This document shows positions 27,048 to 37,654 of a stretch of 64,000 nucleotides of DNA, piece by piece. How positions within the stretch are numbered: position 1 is the stretch's first letter; the number at the start of each line of letters is the position of its first letter. The notes beneath the pieces are model-generated. The model worked only from the letters and a program-made list of their open reading frames with translations, did no database searches and had not been told where the DNA came from. The position numbers and the translations under genes are program-made. Location: positions 29,232 through 93,231 of the forward strand of contig JBBTPY010000007.1 of the NCBI GenBank assembly GCA_038065955.1, read 5' to 3'. The DNA comes from Patescibacteria group bacterium (lineage in GTDB: Bacteria > Patescibacteriota > Minisyncoccia > UBA6257 > UBA9933).

Positions 27048-28359
27048 AATTACCGCGCCTTATTAAAAAATAATGCACTATCAATAATAATATAAAAATT
27101 TTGACAAGCCCTGCGTAAACCGGCGCAATCCAATCTTCCATTCCCTTAATAATGTTAATCCAAAAAATACTGTAAATCATAACTCCGGAAAATGAAGCAT
27201 TTGTTTTTTTAATAAGACATTCATAAATCAAACGAAACAACATTCCCATAAAAAACATTCCAAGAATAATGCCGGCGAGTCCAAAATTCATATACCAATC
27301 TCCGATTATAGTCACCCCAACGGTTGATTTAACATCCGGCGCTAAAAGACCGGAACGATGACCAAAATCACCGCCACCGCTAATCACTGGCTTATTATGC
27401 CAAATAAATCTTGGCGGCCCTAAGCTAATAAAGAAATTTAATAATGATTTTCCATACAAAAGAGGCTCATTCATTTCAACTATTCTGAAAAAAACGACGG
27501 ATTGGTCTAATCTGGAAAAAACGCTATTAGAAATAAGGTCTCTTGAATTTTTAATATTTCTCATGGTTTTATGATTTGTCGCAATATTCTCATTAATTGA
27601 TTTTTTATTTAAATAAAGATTTACAATTGCCGGATTGCGGCAAATATTGCCAAGAGGAAAAATTATAATAATAATTCCGATGGCGACAATAAAAACCTGC
27701 TTCCATGAAACATTTAAAATGTAAGATTTTAGAATAAGATAAAAAACAATCGGCATTATCATAATAGTCCGATTACATGATGGCAGAGCATAAATAATTT
27801 CTAATATAAATGTTCCCCACGCTATTTTCTGCCATAAATAATAACGCGCGTCGTTATTTTTTTTAAAATAAAAATAGCTCGTAAACGCGATTATCAAAGC
27901 GACATAAGAAAACCAATCAAAAATCCCCAATAAGCTGAAAAAAGAACTTTTTTCCAGCCAAGAATTTTGCTGCCAATAAGCATAAGCGCCGCCGAAAATT
28001 TTTAAAATTTTTATTCCCAAGCCAAAAATAAATGCGGCGGCAAAAATCCATGGCGTTTTTTTAAAATCCCATTCCGATTTTAATCTCAAAAATTTAGATA
28101 TCCGACCGGCAACAGAAAAAGTCTGACAACAATAATAACCAATAATAAAAAAGGCAAATCCGCAAATTAAGTAAAAAAATGCTAAATAATTAATATTATA
28201 CTCACCCGAAGCGATTCCTGGCCATCTTATCAAATCCCCGATAATCATCGTAATCGGCGCTGATAAAAAAAGAAATAAATAATACAGCGCAAAAGAATTG
28301 CCGATTTCAAAAATATTAAAAGAGCTTATTTTATTTTTTAACCAATCCGCTGTTTTCAT
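27031..28359 (-). CDS. polytopic membrane protein, possible Wzy-type glycan polymerase
   Basis: 442 aa, about 10-12 TM helices, sits between flippase and GT genes; no diagnostic motif. Confidence 0.4.
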   Translation of the reverse strand: MKTADWLKNKISSFNIFEIGNSFALYYLFLFLSAPITMIIGDLIRWPGIASGEYNINYLAFFYLICGFAFFIIGYYCCQTFSVAGRISKFLRLKSEWDFKKTPWIFAAAFIFGLGIKILKIFGGAYAYWQQNSWLEKSSFFSLLGIFDWFSYVALIIAFTSYFYFKKNNDARYYLWQKIAWGTFILEIIYALPSCNRTIMIMPIVFYLILKSYILNVSWKQVFIVAIGIIIIIFPLGNICRNPAIVNLYLNKKSINENIATNHKTMRNIKNSRDLISNSVFSRLDQSVVFFRIVEMNEPLLYGKSLLNFFISLGPPRFIWHNKPVISGGGDFGHRSGLLAPDVKSTVGVTIIGDWYMNFGLAGIILGMFFMGMLFRLIYECLIKKTNASFSGVMIYSIFWINIIKGMEDWIAPVYAGLVKIFILLLIVHYFLIRRGNYDKEN

Positions 28360-28365
28360 ATATTT

Positions 28366-30102
28366 TTAAAGCTGAAAGTTGTCTTTTTGCTCTTTAATGG
28401 AATCGACAATCTTATTATTTTTAACAGTTTCTATAAGAACGCCGTATCCCCTTAAAAACGGATACCTAAATCTGAAAATACTGTTTATTTTTTCCTGCTT
28501 GCCAAATAATACATGCAAACGATAAAAAAATTTATTTACCATTAAAAGCGCTTTTTCACCAAAAATAGGAAATAGCAATAAGGCCATTAAGGCGACAATT
28601 TCATTAGTGACGGCAATTGCTAATCCCTTGTATTGCGCCTCAACAATCGAAAATCCACTATGTTTTAATAAAAGGAAAATTGTTTTTGGAGAATAAATAT
28701 GATAATGATAGTCGGCAAAATCATGAAACAAAGGCACACTCATTAATAACTTCCCATCCCGAAACAACACTCTGTGAAGTTCTTTTAAAACAGCTTTGTC
28801 CTCCCACACATGCTCGAGCACTTCCGCAATTACCACATACTGAAAATAATTATCGGAAAATTTAATTAGCTCCGTAATGGATTGATTGATAAAAAATTTA
28901 TTGTCCGCGATATTATTATCAACAATATCCAGAAGATATGTCTCTTTTATTTTTTCTTTAATCGCAGGATAATCGCGACCCGCATAATCACCAACCACTA
29001 ACACAGGACCTTTATCTATTCGGCTTAAAAAAAATCTGTTAGGAATATATCCGGCGGGAAAATCAATTTTTGTCTTATGTGAAAAAATTTTTCTAAACAA
29101 TAATCTATGAGGGCGTTGTTTTAAAAACTTATAAATTTTATAAGTAAATTTTAATATCGACCTTGGCGCAAGAAATAATGGCAGAGCAATATAAAACTCC
29201 GGATAATTCCAATAATATTGAAACATTTGTTTTATTTTCGGAGCTTTAGATCCAAAACCAGTTGTAAATCCCATTGCCCGCTCAACAACAACCGCTCGCC
29301 AAACTTTTCTAAAATTATGAGCCAGCGCTTGACACATCAACTGTTCATCAAATTTATCTCTAAATTCTCTAACTATCTTATATAAATTAATGCCGAATAC
29401 TTGAAACGGGTCATACCACCGCGGCGCTCCCGCTGATTTTGACTCTGAAAAAACATAAGGGGTTCTGAAAAAATAAAATTTTCCTTCTTGCGAAATAACG
29501 TGGAAGATCAAATATAAATTAACAAAAGCTGAACCGATATATTTTTTGGAAGACTCTATCCCAGATAATGCCTTTTCTCTTTTAAAAACAGTAGCTGCAA
29601 TAAATCCCAATATGCCAATATCTTTCTCTACTATTTTTATAATTTGATTACGATTGTTAAAAAACTCATTTTTCCCAAAATTAAAAGCTGTGTCGATTTT
29701 ATTCTGTATGTCGCAAGAATTTACTAAGATAAAAGAAATATCCGGAAATTTTTTAACCAAATCAATTAATTGACATATAGCTTTATCTGCTAAAACATCA
29801 TCGCCAATCCACCAAACATACTTACCCCTTGCTTCTTGCGTTAAAAATATAATTACGATATCTAGCCCCTCTTTTTTACCTTTAAAATATCTAATTGGAA
29901 CGGAAATTTTTTTAGAATAATTCTTTATTAAATTTTCTGTTTCCAAACCAGCGCTGTCATCGCGAACCACTATTTCAATCTGCGACGCAATTTCTAAAGT
30001 TAATTGAGGAATTAAACTTTCAAAAAATCTCTCAACTTTATCCGGTTGGTTATAAGTAGCCAAGCAAATACTTAAAATAATGTTTGAATGATTATTAATC
30101 AT
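28366..30102 (-). CDS. fusion protein: GT2-like N-terminal domain + class I SAM methyltransferase C-terminal domain
   Basis: 578 aa; N-terminal ILSICLATYNQPDKVERFFESLIPQ...IEIVVRDDS; C-terminal VVIAEVLEHVWEDKAVLKELHRVLFRDGKLLMSVP (Methyltransf_11-like); the N-domain is a paralog of 36626..37642. Confidence 0.6.
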   Translation of the reverse strand: MINNHSNIILSICLATYNQPDKVERFFESLIPQLTLEIASQIEIVVRDDSAGLETENLIKNYSKKISVPIRYFKGKKEGLDIVIIFLTQEARGKYVWWIGDDVLADKAICQLIDLVKKFPDISFILVNSCDIQNKIDTAFNFGKNEFFNNRNQIIKIVEKDIGILGFIAATVFKREKALSGIESSKKYIGSAFVNLYLIFHVISQEGKFYFFRTPYVFSESKSAGAPRWYDPFQVFGINLYKIVREFRDKFDEQLMCQALAHNFRKVWRAVVVERAMGFTTGFGSKAPKIKQMFQYYWNYPEFYIALPLFLAPRSILKFTYKIYKFLKQRPHRLLFRKIFSHKTKIDFPAGYIPNRFFLSRIDKGPVLVVGDYAGRDYPAIKEKIKETYLLDIVDNNIADNKFFINQSITELIKFSDNYFQYVVIAEVLEHVWEDKAVLKELHRVLFRDGKLLMSVPLFHDFADYHYHIYSPKTIFLLLKHSGFSIVEAQYKGLAIAVTNEIVALMALLLFPIFGEKALLMVNKFFYRLHVLFGKQEKINSIFRFRYPFLRGYGVLIETVKNNKIVDSIKEQKDNFQL

Positions 30103-30130
30103 AATTCTAACCAGCTCTATTTAATAAAAA

Positions 30131-31294
30131 TTATTTTTTTAACAATCTAACAAGTAAATTTATTTCATCATCATTTAATTCCGGATTATTCGGAAAATAA
30201 AAACTGTTTTTATGTATAAATTGAGCATTGGGACAATTTATGATATCTGAAACATATTTTTTATAAAATGGCTGTTGCGTAATATCTCCGGCGATAATCG
30301 GCCTAATTTCAACATTATTGCTTAAAAATTTATCTTTATATTTTTTCAAATCACTTTGATTTTTACAAATAACCGGCATGGCAAAATTAGAAACAATATC
30401 CATATGGCCGACATCAAGAGTTAAAAAATCGTCATTCTTTTCTTCCGCCTCATGGAATACTCTAAAATTATTCTGTCTATTTAAAACAATTTCATTCCAA
30501 TAATTTATCTGAATATTCCCCAAAAAACCACTGATTTCGGTCGGACGAACATTAAACCCCAATTCATAAAAAGCGTATTTTGAATAAAATTCATCAATAT
30601 TATATTTATTTCTTAATTCTTGCTGTTTTTTAATTGGCAAATTACGATCCCAGCCATGCGCTCTTGCCATTATTAACGAAAAATAAAGCTTTTCGTCATC
30701 CGTGCAAATCATTCCGCCCTCAATAGTTGAAATATGATGTCCGACAAAAAAAGAAAATGTTGAAGCAACGCCAAAATTGCCCAAAAGCGTTCCGCTTACC
30801 CTTGAACCAAGCGCCTCACAATTATCTTCTATAAAAATAATATTTTTTTTAGAACAAATATCTTTAATCTTTGATATGTTATGTGAAAATCCAAGCGCGT
30901 TTGTTAAAAATAATCCGTTTAGCTCATTAATCCGTTCGTTTAATGTTCTACTTGAAACATTTAAAGATTCTATTTCACAATCAATCGCAATAGGTATTAA
31001 TCCCATTTGGATTATCGGCATAACATTTGTCCCCCAAGTAAGCGCTGAAACTCCTATTTTATCTCCTTTTTTAAACTTTCCCAAATTCATCAAAGACTGC
31101 AACAGAATAAGATTCGCGCTACTCCCGCTATTAACAAAAACGGCAAATTTCCTTCCTTGTTTTTTAGCAAATTTTTCTTCAAATTTCTTGCATTCTTGAG
31201 CCATGCTTAACATTTCAGCGTTTAATATAAAATCATAAAGTTTCTTTTTGGTTTCTTGCTCATTAAAAAAAGTTGATTTGATAAGTTTTATCAT
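30131..31294 (-). CDS. DegT/DnrJ/EryC1/StrS-family PLP-dependent sugar aminotransferase/dehydratase (e.g. GDP-perosamine-synthase-like)
   Basis: 387 aa; N-terminal substrate-arm and FVNSGSSANLILLQ PLP-fold motifs typical of the family. Confidence 0.8.
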   Translation of the reverse strand: MIKLIKSTFFNEQETKKKLYDFILNAEMLSMAQECKKFEEKFAKKQGRKFAVFVNSGSSANLILLQSLMNLGKFKKGDKIGVSALTWGTNVMPIIQMGLIPIAIDCEIESLNVSSRTLNERINELNGLFLTNALGFSHNISKIKDICSKKNIIFIEDNCEALGSRVSGTLLGNFGVASTFSFFVGHHISTIEGGMICTDDEKLYFSLIMARAHGWDRNLPIKKQQELRNKYNIDEFYSKYAFYELGFNVRPTEISGFLGNIQINYWNEIVLNRQNNFRVFHEAEEKNDDFLTLDVGHMDIVSNFAMPVICKNQSDLKKYKDKFLSNNVEIRPIIAGDITQQPFYKKYVSDIINCPNAQFIHKNSFYFPNNPELNDDEINLLVRLLKK

Positions 31295-31339
31295 GTATAT
31301 AATAATTAAATTAATATAAAATCAGTATAAAATAAAAAA

Positions 31340-31882
31340 ATGAAAATATCAAAAATTAAGGGAATATATATTGAAAATAACCATCAAATGAAAAAAGTCC
31401 AATTAGAAGAGAATATATATTCAAAAGCAATATCATCTTTAATCCTTGTTTGTTCGGATATAATAATATTTAATAATAAAGAAAAAATAATTTATCTTGC
31501 CAAACGCCGAGTTGAACCGATGAAAGGATGGTGGGAAATTGGAGGAAGAAGATTCGCCGGAGAAACGGCTTTGGAAGCCGCAATAAAAAATTTTACGCGC
31601 GAAACAACTTTAAAATTAAAACCGTCTCGATTCAAGTTTATAACAACCATTGAAAATATTTGGAAAGACAGGGAAAAAAAGCCAAAAAAAATAGGAAAAC
31701 ATGATTTAATATTTGTTTTTGCTCTTCAATTAAATAACAAGGAAATTAAAATTGTTTCTGAAAATTTGGACAAAAAAGAATATTATCCTAATTCTCTTGA
31801 AAAATTTGATAAAAAAAGACTATTGAAAGAAAAAGTTCATCCCGCGCTGATAGAAATTTACAATAAAATTTTTGAAAAATAG
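31340..31882 (+). CDS. NUDIX-like hydrolase with degenerate Nudix box (possibly GDP-sugar hydrolase, NudD/WcaH-like by context)
   Basis: 180 aa; GWWEIGGRRFAGETALEAAIKNFTRETTL contains E-x7-RE but lacks the EE pair; adjacent to gmd-family genes as in colanic-acid-type loci. Confidence 0.4.
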   Translation: MKISKIKGIYIENNHQMKKVQLEENIYSKAISSLILVCSDIIIFNNKEKIIYLAKRRVEPMKGWWEIGGRRFAGETALEAAIKNFTRETTLKLKPSRFKFITTIENIWKDREKKPKKIGKHDLIFVFALQLNNKEIKIVSENLDKKEYYPNSLEKFDKKRLLKEKVHPALIEIYNKIFEK

Positions 31883-31883
31883 C

Positions 31884-32846
31884 TTATTTTTCTTCCTTAA
31901 TAATTTTAATATCTTCCTCGACCATCATTTTAATTAAATCTTCAAATTTTGTTTTTGGTTGCCAACTTAATTCATTTTTTATTTTTGAAATATCGGCGAC
32001 CATTGGAATATCTCCTTCTTTTCTAAAAAACTCTTTACTAATGACGACATATTTTTGCCAATCAAGCCCGACTTCTCCAAATGCTATATCTAAAATATCT
32101 TTTACTGAATGGATTTCGCCCGTTCCGATAATATAATCTTCCGGTTTATTGGCTTGAAGCATCAACCACATTGCTTCAACATAATCGCCGGCGAATCCCC
32201 AATCTCTTTTCGCCTCTATATTCCCAAGCTCAAGTTTTTTTTCTTTGCCAAATTTTATTTTTGCCGCCATTGAAGTGATTTTTCTAGGAAGAAAATTCAA
32301 ATCTCGCCTTGGAGATTCATGATTATATAAAATTCCGGTACATGCGGATATTCCGTAAGCTTCGCGATACATTTTTACAAGATAAAATCCCGCTGTTTTT
32401 GCAATTCCATACGGATTATTTGGATAAAAAGGCGTATTTTCGTTTTGAGGAGATTTTTTAGCGTCGCCAAACATCAAACTTGAACCAGCCAAAAAAAATT
32501 TAGATTTAACTGAATATAATTTAATGGCTCTAAGAAAAAAAAGAGTGCTTTCAAAATTTGTTTTTAAAATATCTTGCTCTTCTTCAAAAATAATGCGCGG
32601 CTCTACTCGGGAAGCTAAATGATAAATTTCATCTGGAGAAATTAATTTGACTAATTCAATAATTCTTTCTTCATCTTTTATATCACATTCATAAAGCTTA
32701 ATTTTTGCTTTGATATTTTCTATTCTCCATAAATTATCGGATTTTCTACGAATTGTACCATGCACCTCATGTCCTTTTTCAAGTAAAAATTCAGCCAAAT
32801 AAGAGCCATCTTGGCCGGTTATACCAGTAATCAAAGCTTTTTTCAT
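31884..32846 (-). CDS. GDP-mannose 4,6-dehydratase-like extended SDR (divergent paralog; possibly Rmd-type reductase)
   Basis: 320 aa; [27 protein letters not shown] identical motif to Gmd but shorter and divergent downstream. Confidence 0.65.
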   Translation of the reverse strand: MKKALITGITGQDGSYLAEFLLEKGHEVHGTIRRKSDNLWRIENIKAKIKLYECDIKDEERIIELVKLISPDEIYHLASRVEPRIIFEEEQDILKTNFESTLFFLRAIKLYSVKSKFFLAGSSLMFGDAKKSPQNENTPFYPNNPYGIAKTAGFYLVKMYREAYGISACTGILYNHESPRRDLNFLPRKITSMAAKIKFGKEKKLELGNIEAKRDWGFAGDYVEAMWLMLQANKPEDYIIGTGEIHSVKDILDIAFGEVGLDWQKYVVISKEFFRKEGDIPMVADISKIKNELSWQPKTKFEDLIKMMVEEDIKIIKEEK

Positions 32847-32853
32847 ATAAAAT

Positions 32854-33894
32854 TTAACGCGTTATTTCTCCGCTTAATTCCGCTTCAACCATAATTTTCA
32901 CAAGTTCTTTAAATTTCACCTTCGGTTCCCAGCCGAGTTTTTCTTTAGCTTTTGAATAATCGCCGATTAAAAAATCAACTTCCGTCGGCCTAAAATACAT
33001 CTGGTCAATCCCAATAATCATTTTCCCGCTTTTACGGTTAATTCCTTTTTCTTCTAACCCTTCTCCCTCCCAAACCAAATCAAAATCAAGTAATTTGCAC
33101 GCCTCTTCAACAAATTCTCTTACAGAATGTGTTTCATTAGTAGCTAATATATAATCATCCGGTTTATCTTGTTGGAGCATTAGCCACATCCCTTCAATAT
33201 AGTCCTTTGCGTATCCCCAATCCCTTTTGGCGTTAAGATTTCCTAAATATAATTTTTCCATTCCTCCGCGCTTAATTTTAACCAAACTGTTAGTTATTTT
33301 CCTGGTTACAAAATTTTCTCCTCTACGAGGACTTTCATGATTAAATAAAATTCCATTACAAGCGAACATATTATAACTTTCACGATAATTAACCGTCATC
33401 CAATAAGCGTAAACTTTAGCCACGCCATAAGGACTCCGAGGATAAAACGGAGTTGTTTCTTTTTGAGGAGTTTCCTTAACTTTTCCAAACATTTCAGAAC
33501 TAGACGCCTGATAAAAACGCGTATTAGGACTATCGTGCCAAATAGCTTCAAGCAACCTTGTCGTTGAAAGACCAGTAGAATTGCCGGTAAATTCCGGAAT
33601 ATCAAAACTTATCCTTACATGACTTTGAGCGCCTAAATTATAAACTTCATCCGGCCGTAAATCTCTCATAATCCGATGAAGAGAACTTGCGTCTGTTAAA
33701 TCTCCGTAATGTAGAAAAATTTTATGCTCCGGTCGATGAATATCGGGCGTTAAATGTTCAATTCTTTGGCGATTAAAAGTGCTCACCCTGCGAACAATTC
33801 CATGCACCTCATATCCTTTTTCAAGCAAAAATTCAGCCAAATAAGAGCCATCTTGGCCGGTAATACCAGTGATTAATGCTATTTTCTTATCCAT
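32854..33894 (-). CDS. gmd: GDP-mannose 4,6-dehydratase
   Basis: ORF track 32854..33915; start probably [36 protein letters not shown]; [15 protein letters not shown], catalytic YxxxK region conserved. Confidence 0.85.
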   Translation of the reverse strand: MDKKIALITGITGQDGSYLAEFLLEKGYEVHGIVRRVSTFNRQRIEHLTPDIHRPEHKIFLHYGDLTDASSLHRIMRDLRPDEVYNLGAQSHVRISFDIPEFTGNSTGLSTTRLLEAIWHDSPNTRFYQASSSEMFGKVKETPQKETTPFYPRSPYGVAKVYAYWMTVNYRESYNMFACNGILFNHESPRRGENFVTRKITNSLVKIKRGGMEKLYLGNLNAKRDWGYAKDYIEGMWLMLQQDKPDDYILATNETHSVREFVEEACKLLDFDLVWEGEGLEEKGINRKSGKMIIGIDQMYFRPTEVDFLIGDYSKAKEKLGWEPKVKFKELVKIMVEAELSGEITR

Positions 33895-33898
33895 ATTT

Positions 33899-34606
33899 TT
33901 ATTGAAAATTATCAATTCTTTCTTTTAATTTTTCTTTTATAAAATCTATTAATGCGTCTTGTTTAATATTTAACGCTTTTTCAAATTCATCTTGTTCTAT
34001 TGCCGCTACTTCTTGTTGTAATTCAAAAAGACTTTTTCCGTCATATTGGGAACGAAATGATTCTGAAAATTCTATATTATGCTTCTTTTGCCCCACAATA
34101 CGAATGCGTTCTTCATAATTAACAAATTCGGAGCCACTCGTAATTATATCAATATAATGTATAATTTTTTCTTCAAGAGAACGATTTTTTAAATATTCCA
34201 CATCAGCTGATTCCGGAATATTAGAATGAGAAATTTTTATAATTTTTTCATCTACCCCATATTCTTTTAAAAAATTAACATCTTCCACGGACGTATCTTG
34301 ATATCCTTTTCCCCCGCCTTCTTGTTTCATTTTTTCAATTTCTCTTCTTTTATACCAATCATGAATTAGCGCCGCTTTTGATATTGCTCCTCTATCAGCC
34401 TTAAGATGTTCGGCAAGAATATCAGCGCCAACAGCCTCAGCAAGACAATGCTCAGAAATATTCCTCCAATCTTTATTTTCTTTTCCTAAAATTCCTCCCT
34501 TTTTAAGAATTTTCATTTCGCTAAAATGTTTAATGGCAAAATCGGAAAAATATCTGGTTTTTGCCAGATTTTCTTTATTATCTATTTTAAAGTTTTCTTT
34601 ATTCAT
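33899..34606 (-). CDS. HD-domain phosphohydrolase-like protein
   Basis: 235 aa; SEH...LIHDW gives H...HD spacing of HD domain. Confidence 0.5.
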   Translation of the reverse strand: MNKENFKIDNKENLAKTRYFSDFAIKHFSEMKILKKGGILGKENKDWRNISEHCLAEAVGADILAEHLKADRGAISKAALIHDWYKRREIEKMKQEGGGKGYQDTSVEDVNFLKEYGVDEKIIKISHSNIPESADVEYLKNRSLEEKIIHYIDIITSGSEFVNYEERIRIVGQKKHNIEFSESFRSQYDGKSLFELQQEVAAIEQDEFEKALNIKQDALIDFIKEKLKERIDNFQ

Positions 34607-34617
34607 ATTATTATATA

Positions 34618-35313
34618 TTACCAGTTTTTAATCGCTTTTTCCAAACTATCAAAAGTTCCGCAATCAAAAAAACGGCTTTTCCTAATTTTTATTCCCATTA
34701 TCTTGTTATCTTTAATAAGTTTTAAGAAAATACCTGATTCAATATTAATAAATTTTTTAGAGGACTCATCGTAATCAAATATTTTTGGTTGAAAAATATA
34801 CGGACCACCAGAGATAAATTCTCCTGCGATAATATTTTCTCTTTTAAATTTTTTAACAAAATTATCATTCATTTCAACAATTCCATAATTACCGGAAGTA
34901 TTAACTTTTAATATTGGAACACTTACTATTGGTTTATATTTATTATGAAATCTCATTAATTTATTTAAATCAAAATCAACAAGGCAATCGCCATTAGCCA
35001 CAATAAAACTATCCTTTTTAATCCAATTTTTAACAATTCTTAAACAACCGAAAGTTCCGCCTCGCTTATTTTCAATAAAAAATTTAATTTTTGATTTTTG
35101 CTTGTTTTTTAAAAATTTTTTCCAATTATCAAAATCTTTTTTCTGACGACGCTCAATAATAATTCCGATTTCCGATGCGCCATATTTATTAAAAAAATCA
35201 ATTATGTGGCTAATAACCGCTTTCCTCTTTACTGGAAAAAGCGGCTTGGGAATTTCATAGGTTATTGGACGAAGCCGTGTTCCTTCTCCTCCCGCTAAAA
35301 TAACAACTTTCAT
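34618..35313 (-). CDS. sugar-1-phosphate nucleotidyltransferase (NTP_transferase family)
   Basis: 231 aa; MKVVILAGGEGTRLRPITYEIPKPLFPV signature. Confidence 0.8.
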   Translation of the reverse strand: MKVVILAGGEGTRLRPITYEIPKPLFPVKRKAVISHIIDFFNKYGASEIGIIIERRQKKDFDNWKKFLKNKQKSKIKFFIENKRGGTFGCLRIVKNWIKKDSFIVANGDCLVDFDLNKLMRFHNKYKPIVSVPILKVNTSGNYGIVEMNDNFVKKFKRENIIAGEFISGGPYIFQPKIFDYDESSKKFINIESGIFLKLIKDNKIMGIKIRKSRFFDCGTFDSLEKAIKNW

Positions 35314-35315
35314 AA

Positions 35316-36590
35316 TTAAACTTTATCAATGATTTCAAATTTCGGCAATGGGATAATAAATTTCCCTCCGCCCTTTAAATATTCCGCCTCTCTTTCTTTA
35401 AATTCTTTAAGAAAATGCCATGGTAAGATTAAAAAATAATCCGGCTTTTCGGCGCGCGCTTGTTCCTCGGAAATAATCGGGATATTTGTTCCAACGGTTT
35501 TTTTACCCCACTTTGTTGAATTTCGCTCGGCCGCGGCCGCAATCAAAGAATTATCCAAATTAAAATACTGCAAAAGCGTATTACCTTTTGTAGATGCCCC
35601 ATAAACATAAACCCTTTTACCACCTTCAACTTCATTTTTTATAAAATTAAAAACGTCTTTTTTGATTGTTTCCACTCGCTCCGCAAAATCATCGTATATT
35701 TTTTTGTCATTCAGGCCTAAATTTTTTTCGCTTTCTCTTAAATTATTAATTCTTTCCCGCGCGCCTTCCGGAATTTTGATTGACTCGCCGCCGCCTTGAT
35801 GCCTGATATAAATACGGAAACTTCCGCCATTAATGTCATTTAGCTCTACATCAAAGACCCCCAGTCCGTGCCGCTTCAAAAGATTTTCCAGCGATAAAAG
35901 AGAGTAATATTCCAGATGCTCGTGGCAGATATTATCAAACATATTTTTCAAAAGCATGGACGGCAAATATGCCATCTGAATAATAAAAATTCCTTCTTTG
36001 TCCAAACATCTCACAATATCACTGACAAATTTATTCGGATCGTCTAAATCATAAAACATCGCAATAGCGGTAATTCCCTTAGCCCTAATATCGCCGAATT
36101 CCTTTCGCCAATCTTCGTAATTAAAAAAATTATTGATGATTTTTTTCGTTCCAACACTATTAAATTTTTCCAAATTCCTTGCCGGTTCAAAACCCGTACA
36201 ATTAAGTCCGATTGTTTTATAACCGCGCAATAAAGTTCCATCATTCACTCCTATATCCATAACATAATCACCATCTTTTAAATCAATCAACGATTCGACC
36301 TTACTGGCAATGCCTATCAATTCATCTGCCATTGTTTTATTTGTGCCAGAAAAATACCAATACCGCCTATACATTACTTCATTCGAAACAGTGTGTTTAA
36401 GCTGTAAAAGCCCGCAACCACCATCATCTTCGTTACAAAGAACCAAATCCAAAGGAGCTTTTTCCGCTTCATTCATTTCGCTTTCTTCTAAAAAATCCGA
36501 AATATACAAATCACCGAGAGATAAAATTGGCATTAATTTTTTAAATCCGCAAACGCGACAACTATCTATAATTCTTGAAATAACATTCAT
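35316..36590 (-). CDS. NDP-hexose C-methyltransferase-type enzyme (zinc-ribbon + SAM MTase + C-methyltransferase C-terminal domain; TylCIII/NovU-like)
   Basis: 424 aa; CRVCGFKKLMPILSLGDLYISDF (Methyltransf_13 zinc-binding head), central VMDIGVNDG SAM motif, long C-terminal domain. Confidence 0.65.
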   Translation of the reverse strand: MNVISRIIDSCRVCGFKKLMPILSLGDLYISDFLEESEMNEAEKAPLDLVLCNEDDGGCGLLQLKHTVSNEVMYRRYWYFSGTNKTMADELIGIASKVESLIDLKDGDYVMDIGVNDGTLLRGYKTIGLNCTGFEPARNLEKFNSVGTKKIINNFFNYEDWRKEFGDIRAKGITAIAMFYDLDDPNKFVSDIVRCLDKEGIFIIQMAYLPSMLLKNMFDNICHEHLEYYSLLSLENLLKRHGLGVFDVELNDINGGSFRIYIRHQGGGESIKIPEGARERINNLRESEKNLGLNDKKIYDDFAERVETIKKDVFNFIKNEVEGGKRVYVYGASTKGNTLLQYFNLDNSLIAAAAERNSTKWGKKTVGTNIPIISEEQARAEKPDYFLILPWHFLKEFKEREAEYLKGGGKFIIPLPKFEIIDKV

Positions 36591-36625
36591 AATTAAAAAA
36601 TAATATCAAATTTATAAAATAATGT

Positions 36626-37642
36626 CTATTTTTTATTTTTAAAGAATAATTTAAAATTTTCTATAAAAACAAATTTCCTATGGCTAAAAAATATTTTATA
36701 AATTCTATAAAAAATTTTGTTAATGGGAAGCGGTATTAAAAATAACACAAAAGCAATATATGCCTCCGGAAAATATCGAAAAAATCTTAACATTTTGATT
36801 CTCTTTCCTTTCGGCGTATCCCATCCACCAACCCATCCAACTAATAAACCGCGCCAAGTTTGACCAAAAACTTTTTTAATCGCTTCTTCTATGGCCGCAG
36901 AAGAAAATGGTCCCCTAAAACTTCTAAGTATATTTGCAAAATTAAAACCAAAAACCTCCATGGCGCGATTATTTATATTTCCATTCTTAACTGTTATCTT
37001 TTTGATTTCTTCACTAGTCGCTGGATAATTAATAATAATCGGCTCTTTAATATAATAATTTTTTCTTGATTGGGCGATCGTATGCATTGTGAGATATAAA
37101 TTTGAAAATTCCGTGCCAATATGCTTGCGAGCTCCATTTAGACCCGTTAATGCCAATTCGCGCTTAAGAATATTTGCGGAAATAAATCCAAGCCCGGCAA
37201 GAGCTTTCTCAAGAATCTCATCGCGACTGCTAAAAAAACCGCTCTTAGGCAAATCTATAGTTAATTTTTTTATACCTGAAATATAAAAATTAGCCCAAAT
37301 AAAACCAATTTCCGGATTATTTTTTATAACATTAAGAACATTGCCAATTCCGTCGGCTAATATAATTTCGTCTCCAATTAGCCAAATAAAATCTCCCTTA
37401 GCTTGTTCAATAAGAAAAATTATTGCCTTATCTATTCCTTCTTTGATGCCATGAAAATATCTTATTGGCATTTTCTTATTGAATAATTCAACCACTTTTT
37501 CAATGTCTTGATTCGTACTATCATCTCGTATAATAATTTCTATCTCCGGCGTTGCTTGCGGGATAATGCTATTAAGTAATTTTCTTAATTCATCGGGCTG
37601 ATTATATACCGGCAGACAAATACTTAATTTTAAGTTGTCCAT
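36626..37642 (-). CDS. GT2-like glycosyltransferase, paralog of the N-domain of 28366..30102
   Basis: 338 aa; LSICLPVYNQPDELRKLLNSIIPQ...IEIIIRDDS...PIRYFHG parallels the other copy. Confidence 0.65.
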   Translation of the reverse strand: MDNLKLSICLPVYNQPDELRKLLNSIIPQATPEIEIIIRDDSTNQDIEKVVELFNKKMPIRYFHGIKEGIDKAIIFLIEQAKGDFIWLIGDEIILADGIGNVLNVIKNNPEIGFIWANFYISGIKKLTIDLPKSGFFSSRDEILEKALAGLGFISANILKRELALTGLNGARKHIGTEFSNLYLTMHTIAQSRKNYYIKEPIIINYPATSEEIKKITVKNGNINNRAMEVFGFNFANILRSFRGPFSSAAIEEAIKKVFGQTWRGLLVGWVGGWDTPKGKRIKMLRFFRYFPEAYIAFVLFLIPLPINKIFYRIYKIFFSHRKFVFIENFKLFFKNKK

Positions 37643-37654
37643 AATTAATAAAAT

